From Thermoplasmatota archaeon (lineage in GTDB: Archaea; Thermoplasmatota; JAKEGO01), in the NCBI GenBank assembly GCA_028279595.1, contig JANQNK010000004.1, forward strand, positions 128,001-192,000: 64,000 bases of DNA. Reading direction: 5' to 3'. Of this stretch, positions 27,191-37,100 are shown in pieces; the first letter of the stretch is position 1; every line of letters begins with the position of its first letter. A program made the position numbers and the translations under genes. The notes under the pieces were generated by a model that worked only from the letters and a program-made list of their open reading frames with translations, did no database searches and was not told the DNA's origin.

Positions 27191-29626
27191 GAACTTCGTG
27201 AGGAACTTGTCCTCGTTCCCGGATAGTCCGTCGAAGTAGACGACACGGCTTCCCTTCGTCGAAACGTAAGTTACCCTGTAGTATGGATAGAGGACGTCCT
27301 CGAGGCGGATGACGTCGCCCTTGTACAGGAGGCCGACCATCCTCTCGATCTCCTTGTGGCTCGTCGTGGGCTTGAAGAGCTCCTCGAACACCGGAGCCTG
27401 TTCTATTGATGGCATCTCCTTTGAGTAGAGCTTGAATTTTACCGTCATCGATTGGAGGTAGACGTCCTCCTCGAAACGTACGAGTCCATCCTCCTTCAAT
27501 CGGTGGAGCATCCGTTCGACGACGGATTCATCCATCTGGAGGGTCTCGACGAGGTTTCCCAGGGTGTGAGGGTCCTTCAGTGCCATGAAGAGCCTTACCT
27601 CGTCGTCCGACAGGCCCATGAGCAGGGGGATGCCCTCAGACCTCCTGAGTCCCGATCCTCCTATCCTTCCGACCTCGCCGGTCATCCTGTCCCATAGCAG
27701 GGTCCGGATGGCCTGCTTCTTCATGATCAGGCCTGACTTGACATGCCGGAAGGTGACCTTGGTCAGCGGGAGGCCCACATCCTCGACGGATTCGACCATC
27801 TCCTTGGTCATGAACCCCTTTGCCTTGGATGTGGCGATCTCCGTGATATCCTCCTTATCGTGGAGCGGAGCGAATATCGCCATGGTCGGGCCGTCGGTCT
27901 CCCCGGGTCCCTCCTCTGGCTCGATGTCCGGTTCGTCATCCTCTCCCGACTGCAACTCGTCGAGAGAGAAGCTCGGGAGGCCTTCTGGGTCCGTTGGTCC
28001 GTCATCCTCATCGGGGAAGCCCACGCGGTCGATGTCGACCTCGTCCTCGGGATCTCCCGAGTGTTCGTCTTCAGCATCGGGTTCCTCGATCGCTGTATCG
28101 GGGACATCGGCGTCTATCGTTTCTTGCTCGTCATCGATATCAGGTTCCTCGTCCTCGTCGGGATCGAGTTCCTGTTCGCGCTCTCGCGGGCGATAGGTCG
28201 CCCCCGCGAACGGCGCTGGGTCGCCCCGCTTCCTCGCCGAGGGTGCGATGTCGCTCTTCCTGTCCGTTGGAACGGCCTGCCTTCCAGCGTGGTGGCTTGC
28301 CCTTGGTCGGACAGTGAACACGAACGATCTGTTCTGTGTCTGCTGGTCCGCGAGCACGCCGACGCCGATGGGGAGACCCCTGATGAAATCCGAGTCCGCC
28401 ATCATGGACGGCATCTTGGCGGGCATCCGCCTCCTCAGGGCGGTGATGTCGTCCTCGAGCGCGAGATTGTGACCGATCATGACATCGACCTGGGAAAGCA
28501 CGTCGTCGTTCGTCGCAGCCGGCCTCTGGGTGGCGAGAACGAGCGCGCAACCTGGCTTTCTGCCCAACTTGGCGTATTCCACCAATGAGGAGGTGGCCGG
28601 TGTCTCCCCCTTGTGGGGAAGCATGAGATGTGCCTCATCGATGAGCAGCCATGTGACGGGGATCGTCTCGGCGGTCATTGCCGAGTCCGCTATTATCTCT
28701 GCGTCCTCGGCCCTGGTCGCCTGGATCCTTGCCTCAAGCACCTTCCTGGCCAGTATCCCGACCACGAGCGCCCTGGAGTTCTCGCCGAGCCGTTGATGGC
28801 TGACGTCGATGACGGTTACCTGGTTCGGTACGGAGATCTGGTCCATCGAGGAGCCCTCCTCCTCGAATATGCCCCAGAGCTTGGCGGATTCGAAACGCGC
28901 GATGACGGACCGCCGGGTCGCCGGGGCGAAGCCGCGGTCCCTTGAGAGTATGTCGACGTCCTTCTCGATGACGGTGATGACGTCGTCGATGCTGTACTTC
29001 TCGCGTCCCTCGACCTTCATCTTCCGGCCCTTCGGGCTGAGGTACCTGTATCCCTCGAGCGCCTTCTGGAGGGCCGTGCCGATGAGAAGTCCCTGGACCT
29101 TGAACCGGTCTATGTCGAAGACCGAACACCAGTCCTCGGCGGTCATGTCGGACACGGTGATGCTGAAGGGTTCGTCCACTGTCTCGCGTAGCTCGTTGAA
29201 GTAGCCGGCGGGGGCCATGACCTTCATGTTGTTGAGGCCCTGGACCTTCATCCCCCACTTCTTGAGCGCGTCACGTTCCGACTTCGACCTGTTGGGGAAC
29301 TTCATGGACCAGAATACGCCCACAGGATCGACGATTACCACGCCTATGCCTGTCTTCGTCCCCGCGAGCTCCTCCGCGACGACCCCGAGGGTGTAACTCT
29401 TGCCGGACCCCCTCTTCCCGCAGATGAACACGATGTGGGGGAACCTGGCATCGACCATCACCTTCCGCTCGTGGAACTTGCCGGCCTCGGTCACGGCCCC
29501 GACGTACATGAGGCCTTTCTTCCCTGCGCGCTTGTGTCCAGTGGACGAGCGTCCGATGACGACCATGTCCCTGTCCTCGAGCGGGCTGAACGGGGAATCG
29601 ACCGGTATAGGAACAAGCTTTGGCAT
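27182..29626 (-). CDS. HerA/FtsK-superfamily ATPase (DUF87-like) with an acidic linker and a C-terminal winged-helix-containing region
   Basis: PHIVFICGKRGSGKS (Walker A), IVDPVG, LLIDEAH (Walker B) and ATQRP. Confidence 0.88.
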   Translation of the reverse strand: MPKLVPIPVDSPFSPLEDRDMVVIGRSSTGHKRAGKKGLMYVGAVTEAGKFHERKVMVDARFPHIVFICGKRGSGKSYTLGVVAEELAGTKTGIGVVIVDPVGVFWSMKFPNRSKSERDALKKWGMKVQGLNNMKVMAPAGYFNELRETVDEPFSITVSDMTAEDWCSVFDIDRFKVQGLLIGTALQKALEGYRYLSPKGRKMKVEGREKYSIDDVITVIEKDVDILSRDRGFAPATRRSVIARFESAKLWGIFEEEGSSMDQISVPNQVTVIDVSHQRLGENSRALVVGILARKVLEARIQATRAEDAEIIADSAMTAETIPVTWLLIDEAHLMLPHKGETPATSSLVEYAKLGRKPGCALVLATQRPAATNDDVLSQVDVMIGHNLALEDDITALRRRMPAKMPSMMADSDFIRGLPIGVGVLADQQTQNRSFVFTVRPRASHHAGRQAVPTDRKSDIAPSARKRGDPAPFAGATYRPREREQELDPDEDEEPDIDDEQETIDADVPDTAIEEPDAEDEHSGDPEDEVDIDRVGFPDEDDGPTDPEGLPSFSLDELQSGEDDEPDIEPEEGPGETDGPTMAIFAPLHDKEDITEIATSKAKGFMTKEMVESVEDVGLPLTKVTFRHVKSGLIMKKQAIRTLLWDRMTGEVGRIGGSGLRRSEGIPLLMGLSDDEVRLFMALKDPHTLGNLVETLQMDESVVERMLHRLKEDGLVRFEEDVYLQSMTVKFKLYSKEMPSIEQAPVFEELFKPTTSHKEIERMVGLLYKGDVIRLEDVLYPYYRVTYVSTKGSRVVYFDGLSGNEDKFLTKFLL

Positions 29627-29886
29627 CCTCCCGCCATCGTGTGGAAATTATTTAAACTGTCGCAAAGTGGGTGGTGGTCACTTCTGCTCGGAACGGCTAT
29701 AGACTGTGGTCACGGATGGGTAGGGAGAAGGGAATTCGATGTCTGTCATCATAGGAAACGGACCTGTACGCGGTACCATGGGAGCATTTACCAGTTGGCA
29801 TCAGGTTTATATATTCACTATCGATGGCATGACATCATCGCTCACGTTGGACCGATATCCTTAGAACAATGTCATGAGGTGTTGTT

Positions 29887-32760
29887 ATGAACGAGAAATT
29901 GGGGAGATTCGTCGTTGACAGACCCGCGCTGACGGTGCTCGTTATCCTGATGATAACGTTCACCCTTGGATTCGTCAATTCCAGTCCGGAGACCTTCGGG
30001 CTTGAGAAGAACACGACCGAGCGCGAGGACCAGTGGCTTCCGGACAACGATATCGTCAATGCCGACCAGGAGATCAGCGACAATTACGGGATCCAGGTCA
30101 GGTACATGCAGGTCATCGTCAAGGCGGACAACATCCTGGACAGGGACACGCTCATCGAGATCATGGAGATGGAGATGGCAATAGCGAACAGGTCATCGGT
30201 CAAGGACATCCTGTTCCCGCAGGAGGGAAATGTCACGTCCATATCCAGCATCATCGCCTATGGCTACTGGAACCAGCTCGAGGAGATGAACGCTACGGGG
30301 GGTATGGAGTTCGACCCGATGGGGCTCCTTCTGTCGATGAACCAGACGACGATCAACCAGACTATCATGGGAATAGAGAATGCAGAGTTCGCCCAGTTCA
30401 GGCCCTCCATGGTCCTCACTAAGGACTTCCCGAAGAACATCGAGCGGAACATGACCAAGGCGAAGGGATCGATGATCCTGATAATGCTCAATTCGTCGAT
30501 GTATGACAGGATCGACGGGGACTACAACCCGATCCTCGACGCGGACAAGGATGTTATCAGGACGATCGAACGCATGGACCTGGAGCATGTCAAGGACACG
30601 GGCCTCATCGAGGATGAGTACATCAGCTACAGGATAGAGGAGGACTCCGGTGACGTGATGGGATTCCTCTTCATGATGGTCTTCGTCCTAATCATAACCA
30701 TTCTCTTCCTGACATACAGGTCTGTCTTCGACACCGTCATCAGCATCATAGCCCTCATGTTCGCCATAACATGGATGGACGGGATAGGCGTCCTTCTGGG
30801 CCTGACCTTCCATTCTATGTACCAGGCGGTACCGATCCTGTTGATGGGTCTGGGCGTCGATTACGCCATCCACCTCGTCATGAGATATCGTGAGGAGCGT
30901 GTCCATTTCAACAAGACAATAAGGGATTCGTTGATACTCACATCCGTCTCTGTCGGCGCTGCCCTGTTCCTCGCCACGCTTACCACGTCGATAAGCTTCG
31001 GCTCGAACACGGTCTCCGAGATCAAGCCGATGCAGGAGTTCGCGATATTCGCACTGGTGGGTATCATCGCCGCCTTCATCACGATGGTAACGTTCGTGCC
31101 CGCGATGAAGATGCTCTACCACACGTTCCAGCAGAAGAGGGGCATCAAGGAGTTCAAGAAGATAAGGGGGAAGAGGACGAAGAGCGGGAAGAAGAAGACC
31201 GGGTCCTCCTCGCTGCTCTCGCGCGGCCTGGCAAAGGGTGCGGTTGCCGCGGAGCACCACGCATACACCGTGATATTCGCCGTGGTCGTTGTCTCGCTCA
31301 TGAGCACCTACCTGGCCTTCCAGCTGGAGACCGAGTTCGATTTCACCGAGTTCCTCCCCGAGGGCTCGGAGATGACGGACGACATCCTGTATCTCGTCGA
31401 CAACTACGACTTCGGCACCGAGCAATCGAACGTCCTCATCAAGGGCGACATCACCGACCCGGATGTGTTACGGGCGATGAACGAAACTGAGAACAGGATA
31501 CTCAACGACCCCTACGTGAACGAGGAGCAACCGATCGAATCGATCCTGACGTTGATGAGAGGCGTCGCGGGCGGACAGTACATCATCAACGGGTCCCCGG
31601 CGGAGGACCCCGTGTTCGCAGGCATGTACAATGCAGCTGACACAGATGGTGACGATGTCCCCGATACCAACGTCGAGGGCCTCTTCGACTACCTCATGAA
31701 CGACGAGCGGTACGAGTTCTCCACCGTGCGCGTCCTTCATTACAATGAGGATAAGGACGAGTACGATGGCACGGTGATCAGGGTCAGTGTCAACTCGCAG
31801 AACGCGGCCAAGGCGAAGGACATCTCGGACGACCTCGAGGATGACATCAAACCTCTGGAGAGGGAGAGCGGGGTCAAAGAGGTCACGGCAACGAGCGGTC
31901 CGGTGTTGATCCACTACATCATCAACTCCATCGAGGTCAGCGGTATGCAGTCGTTGCTGATCAGCATTGTCGTGGCTGGAATTATACTGACCATCGTATT
32001 CTACGTCACTGACAAGTCCCTCGTGCTCGGCATATTGACTGAGATCCCGGTCATACTCGTCATTGCATGGGTCTTCGCCTCGATGTACCTCATCGGCATG
32101 CAGTTGAACGTCATGACCATCATGATAGCCTCCTTGACGGTGGGGCTGGGAATAACGTACGGCATCCACGTGACGCACCGGTTCGTGGAGGACCTCGCGG
32201 CCCTGAACGACATCGACGAAGCGACCAGGAGCACGGTCGTCAACACAGGTACTGCACTGTTCGGGGCGGCGATAACCACGATAGGCGGTTTCGGCATCCT
32301 GGTGTTCTCGCCGATACCCCCGATGAAGAAGTTCGGGGCCATCAGCGCCCTCGCCATCTTCTTCAGCCTCATAGCGTCGATATTCGTCCTTCCGACCTTC
32401 CTGTCCATCTGGGCCAAGTGGGTCAAGAAGAGGGACCCCTGCTACTTCGAGCACCACGCCGACGTCCAGAAGGAGATAGAGAGGAAGGCTCTGGCTTGCG
32501 AGACCCCCGAGGAGGAGGTCACGAAGAGGCCGAAACCGGTGAAGCGACCTGTCAGCAAGGCTGTCAAGAAGGGCGCCAAGAAACCCGCTGCGAAGAGACC
32601 CGCACCCAAGAAGCAGGTAGAGGAAGAACCGGAGGACACCGAGGCCGACGAGGAACCCGACGACCTGAACAAGGATGAGGACATGGACCTCAAGGCTGCG
32701 GAGTCACCAAAGGAGGAGGAGCCCTCCGAAGCCGCCGACGATGAGGACCTCGAAGACTGA
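29887..32760 (+). CDS. RND/MMPL-family (HAE3-like) transporter
   Basis: Two repeats of TM + large extracellular domain + 5 TM. Motifs GLGVDYAIH and GLGITYGIH. Lys/Glu-rich tail. Confidence 0.92.
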   Translation: MNEKLGRFVVDRPALTVLVILMITFTLGFVNSSPETFGLEKNTTEREDQWLPDNDIVNADQEISDNYGIQVRYMQVIVKADNILDRDTLIEIMEMEMAIANRSSVKDILFPQEGNVTSISSIIAYGYWNQLEEMNATGGMEFDPMGLLLSMNQTTINQTIMGIENAEFAQFRPSMVLTKDFPKNIERNMTKAKGSMILIMLNSSMYDRIDGDYNPILDADKDVIRTIERMDLEHVKDTGLIEDEYISYRIEEDSGDVMGFLFMMVFVLIITILFLTYRSVFDTVISIIALMFAITWMDGIGVLLGLTFHSMYQAVPILLMGLGVDYAIHLVMRYREERVHFNKTIRDSLILTSVSVGAALFLATLTTSISFGSNTVSEIKPMQEFAIFALVGIIAAFITMVTFVPAMKMLYHTFQQKRGIKEFKKIRGKRTKSGKKKTGSSSLLSRGLAKGAVAAEHHAYTVIFAVVVVSLMSTYLAFQLETEFDFTEFLPEGSEMTDDILYLVDNYDFGTEQSNVLIKGDITDPDVLRAMNETENRILNDPYVNEEQPIESILTLMRGVAGGQYIINGSPAEDPVFAGMYNAADTDGDDVPDTNVEGLFDYLMNDERYEFSTVRVLHYNEDKDEYDGTVIRVSVNSQNAAKAKDISDDLEDDIKPLERESGVKEVTATSGPVLIHYIINSIEVSGMQSLLISIVVAGIILTIVFYVTDKSLVLGILTEIPVILVIAWVFASMYLIGMQLNVMTIMIASLTVGLGITYGIHVTHRFVEDLAALNDIDEATRSTVVNTGTALFGAAITTIGGFGILVFSPIPPMKKFGAISALAIFFSLIASIFVLPTFLSIWAKWVKKRDPCYFEHHADVQKEIERKALACETPEEEVTKRPKPVKRPVSKAVKKGAKKPAAKRPAPKKQVEEEPEDTEADEEPDDLNKDEDMDLKAAESPKEEEPSEAADDEDLED

Positions 32761-32794
32761 GCCGACGCTCCATCACCCTTCCGGCACTCCCGAT

Positions 32795-32843
32795 ACGCGT
32801 CGCTGGCGCTACGGCCCGCCAGCGAGCGTGATTTCATTATTTG
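32795..32843 (+). terminator. Hairpin with T-rich tail downstream of the MMPL gene
   Basis: tcgctggcg (32800-32808) pairs with cgccagcga (32817-32825), followed by atttcattattt. Confidence 0.45.
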
Positions 32844-32932
32844 ACGATATCAGCGAGTGTTAGTTGTGACATTACCCATCCCAGGGGGGGTCATGCAGAA
32901 GACTTAATAGCGGAAAACGGGATTCTGCAGGC

Positions 32933-34030
32933 ATGTCCGACGTCTACATAGCGCGCCTGAGGGCATCAGGCAAGCAGGAGAACGTCCAGTCCAAGGTCAG
33001 ATCCCTCTTCAGGAGGGCCGGATTCGCCGAGTTCATCAATCCGCGGGACTTCGTGGCCCTGAAGGTCCACTTCGGAGAACCTGGGAACACCGGTTTCATC
33101 CCGCCGTACAATCTCAAGCCGGTGGTCGAGGAAGCCCTCGCGGCGGGCGGTAAACCATTCCTTACCGATGCCAACACCATCTACCTGGGAGGCCGCTCCG
33201 ACGCTGTAGACCACCTTAACGTGGCGTACGCGCACGGGTTCCTTCCCGCCGTCGTCGGTGCCCCAGTTATCATCGCGGACGGGCTTCGCGGATCGGATTT
33301 CCAAAAGGTCCCCGTGGGATTGAAGCATTTCAATGAGGTCAACATCAGCGGCGCGGCCGTCAGCTCCGAGGTGATCATCGGTCTGACGCACTTCAAGGGC
33401 CACATGCTGGGAGGGTTCGGCGGAACCCTGAAGAACATGGGAATGGGCTTTGCCGCCCGCTCTGGCAAGCAGCTCCAGCATTCCGATCTCAAACCGTGCG
33501 TCGACCAGGACACCTGCGTGGCCTGCTTCGAGTGCATGAAGGCGTGCCCGGTGACCGCCATATCCGAAAGGGACGGGAAGGCGTTCATATCGGAGGATTC
33601 GTGCATCGGCTGCGGCGAATGCACAGCGACCTGCCGCTTCGGGGCCATCGAGGTGCAGTGGAAGACCGACAACGTCGTGTTCCTCGAGAAGATGATGGAG
33701 TATGCCTACGGCGTTCTCGGCAACAAGCTGGACAAGTGCGGTTTCTTCAACTTCATTGTGAACGTCACCCCGGACTGCGATTGCCTCGGGTGGTCCGACG
33801 CAGCCCTGGTCCATGATATCGGGATCGTTGCGTCGAAGGACCCGGTGGCCATCGATCAGGCTTCGGCCGACCTTGTGAACGAGGCCGCCGGTCTGCCCGA
33901 CACCAGATTATCTGCGACAGATGTGGAGGACAAGTTCGCCGACGTCCATAACGTTCCTTGGCGAAGACAGCTGGAGTATGCCGAGGAACTGGGGCTCGGC
34001 ACGAGGGAGTACAGGCTCGTCGACCTTTGA
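32933..34030 (+). CDS. DUF362-domain iron-sulfur protein with an inserted 2x[4Fe-4S] ferredoxin
   Basis: VALKVHFGE.GN, THFKGH..GFGG.LKN.GMG, two CxxCxxCxxxC motifs, PDCDC and DPVAIDQA. Confidence 0.92.
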   Translation: MSDVYIARLRASGKQENVQSKVRSLFRRAGFAEFINPRDFVALKVHFGEPGNTGFIPPYNLKPVVEEALAAGGKPFLTDANTIYLGGRSDAVDHLNVAYAHGFLPAVVGAPVIIADGLRGSDFQKVPVGLKHFNEVNISGAAVSSEVIIGLTHFKGHMLGGFGGTLKNMGMGFAARSGKQLQHSDLKPCVDQDTCVACFECMKACPVTAISERDGKAFISEDSCIGCGECTATCRFGAIEVQWKTDNVVFLEKMMEYAYGVLGNKLDKCGFFNFIVNVTPDCDCLGWSDAALVHDIGIVASKDPVAIDQASADLVNEAAGLPDTRLSATDVEDKFADVHNVPWRRQLEYAEELGLGTREYRLVDL

Positions 34031-34163
34031 AACATACCATAGATGATCGGGAACAAATGCCAAGTATTCGAGGAGAATGCAAACTTTTTTATGCGATTTT
34101 CGCGATATCTACGATGAGGGTTGCTATTCGGGTAGCGACCGCTCACGAGAAGGTGATGTGCGT

Positions 34164-37100
34164 ATGTTTGATTTTCCCCGCGGGAAGCGGGTGGTGGGGT
34201 CAGCGATAGCTGGGCTCGTCGTCCTGATGGTATTTAGCGTTCTGAACGCTAGCGCGAACGGAGATTATGTCGAGGCGGACGCCGGAGAGGATATCACTAT
34301 CCTCGAAACGGACCCGGTTGCAGACTTCGACGGATCCGGGTCATCGGCGTATCCCAACGATATCGCCGAGTACGCCTGGGTGTTCGGGGATGGTTCCGAC
34401 GCCGGCTACGGCGAGACGATCTCCCACGAATATTGGGCAGACGACGGCGAGTATCTTGTCTATCTGATCGTCAGCGACACGGAGGGCAACATGGACGACG
34501 ATATGTCGACCGTCACGGTCGAGAACGTCGATCCTGAGGTCTGGGCAGGCCGGGACGTCGAGATATTCGAGGGTTACTATGCGATCTTCAACGGTCAGTT
34601 CAACGACACCGCGAAGGACACCCACGAGATCCGCTGGGAGTTCGGCGATGGATCGAATTCGACCGGAAGCAACTACACCTGGCACCGTTACACGGACCAA
34701 GGCACCTACGAGGTCACCCTGACCGTGACCGACGATGATGGCGGTGTCGGAATGGACTCCCTGTACGTGACAGTGATCAACAGGCCTCCTTACGCAAGGC
34801 TATGGTGGGCCGACTCCTACTACGAAGAACCGGTCATAGACGAGGGGGACACCCTGAACTTCTACGCCCAGTACTACGACTCGGGATGGACCGACGACCT
34901 GACCATCGAGCTGGACTACGGTGACGGTTCCCCGATCGAGGAATGGGAGGACACCTACTACGGATGGGAGCTCATGCACCACGTCTACGAGGACGACGGC
35001 TTCTACAATATCACATTGACGGTGACGGACGAGGATGGCGCTGTCGGCACCGACACCATGATGGTGGAGGTCCACAACGTCGCTCCGACCGTCGAGCTTG
35101 GCGGACCGTACATGACCACGACCGAGGGCGCCTGCAACTACTTCGATGCCACAATGATCGATCCCGGAGCGGACGATACACACACGATAGAGTGGGACTT
35201 CGGTGACGGAACGACCGCATCGGGCTCCCTGGCCCTGTATCATCGATACACGGAGAACGGGGTATACAACGTAACGCTGAACGTCACGGACGATGACGGC
35301 GGTTTCGGCAGCGACACCATGATTATCGCCGTCGACAACGTGGCGCCGAGGGTCTACCTCCTCTGGGACCAGACGGTCGACGAGGGGGATGTCGTGGAGT
35401 TCAAGGCCTACTACTGCGACCCCGGTATCGACGACACGCATATCCTGGTCTGGGACTTCGGGGACGGGACGGTGATCACCGATGATGATCCCGATTCTAC
35501 AGATATCTACTGCAGCAGTGTCTGCACCTTCGCTGCGGAGGACCTTGAGGATGAAGACAATGACTTGAACGATTGCCAGTGCTCGTACTCCTGTTGTCAT
35601 GTGGTGACGATCGAGCACACCTACGTAGACGACGGGGATTTCATGGTGACGCTCACCGTACTCGATGACGACGGTGATTGGGGCAGTGACACATGCGAGG
35701 TGACAGTGGAGAACGTCGCTCCCGAGGTGGATGCGGGAGAGGCCATGGCCATCTACGAAGGCGGCTATGCCATCTTCCAGGGTTCCTTCGAGGACCCGGG
35801 GGCGAACGACACGCACACCATCGAATGGGACTTCGGTGACGGAACGAGCGGGTCCGGTGCTCTCTACACATGGCACCGCTACATGGACGAGGGAGAGTAC
35901 ACCGTGACCCTGACCGTGACGGACGACGATGGCGGTGTGGGCACGGACACCCTGACCCTCTGGGTCCAGAACCGGGCTCCGTGGGCGTACCTGTACGGGA
36001 TCGTGTACACCGAGAACGGCTACGGCTACTACTCGTACTACGCGGAGCCGACGGTCGACGAGGGAGAGCCACTGGACTTCTACGTCTACTACTACGACTA
36101 CGGCTGGAACGACACCCTTGAGGTCACGCTTGACTTCGGTGACGGAACGGCCTCGCTGAGCTGGACCGACGACTACTACGGCTACTTCGTCATGAACCAC
36201 ACCTACATGGACGACGGCGAGTACACCATGACGCTGACCGTTGAGGACAGTGATGGTGGTGTGGGGACCGACACCATGCTGGTAACGGTCGAGAACGTAG
36301 CGCCGCAGATCGGCGACGACGACGAATATGAGGGCCTCGAGGGCGAGTTCCTTACGTTCGAGGCCGAGGTGACGGACCAGGGCGACGACGAACTGACATA
36401 CGAATGGGAATTCGGCGACGGCGAGACAGGCACTGGGATGCCGGTCACCCATGCCTACGGGGACAACGGGGTCTACACCCTGACACTTACGGTCACCGAC
36501 GACGATGGCGGCTCGGACTCCGAGTCGTGGCCTGTCACGATAACGAACGCCGACCCCGTGGCCGATGCCGGCTACTACTACGTCTACACCACCCCCGGCG
36601 AGACCGTGGAGTTCGAGGGTTCGATCACCGACCCGGGTTGGCTCGACACGCACTCTGTCAACTGGAACTTCGCGGACGGGACCGAGGAGAACGATACCCT
36701 GACCCCCGAGCACGCGTTCGATGACATCGGCTACTATCTCGTCTGGTTGACGGTCACCGACGACGACGGCGGTGTCGGAACGGATTACATCTACGTGATA
36801 GTCCGCCAGGAGGGGCCCTACGCCTACCTTTACTGGGACCAGACCGTTGACGAGGGCGAGATGGCCAACTTCTACGCATACGGCTACAACCCGATCAACC
36901 AGGGCGACCTTGAGATGGAGGTGGACTTCGGGGACGGTTCCGCGCCCGTGGAGTGGACCGGGACCTACTATGCCTGGAAGATGCTGAACCACACCTATGG
37001 CGACGATGGCAACTACACGGTCACGCTGACCGTGACGGACGAAGAGGGCGACGAGACCACGGACACCGTCCTGGTGACCGTACTGAACGTCGATCCCGAC

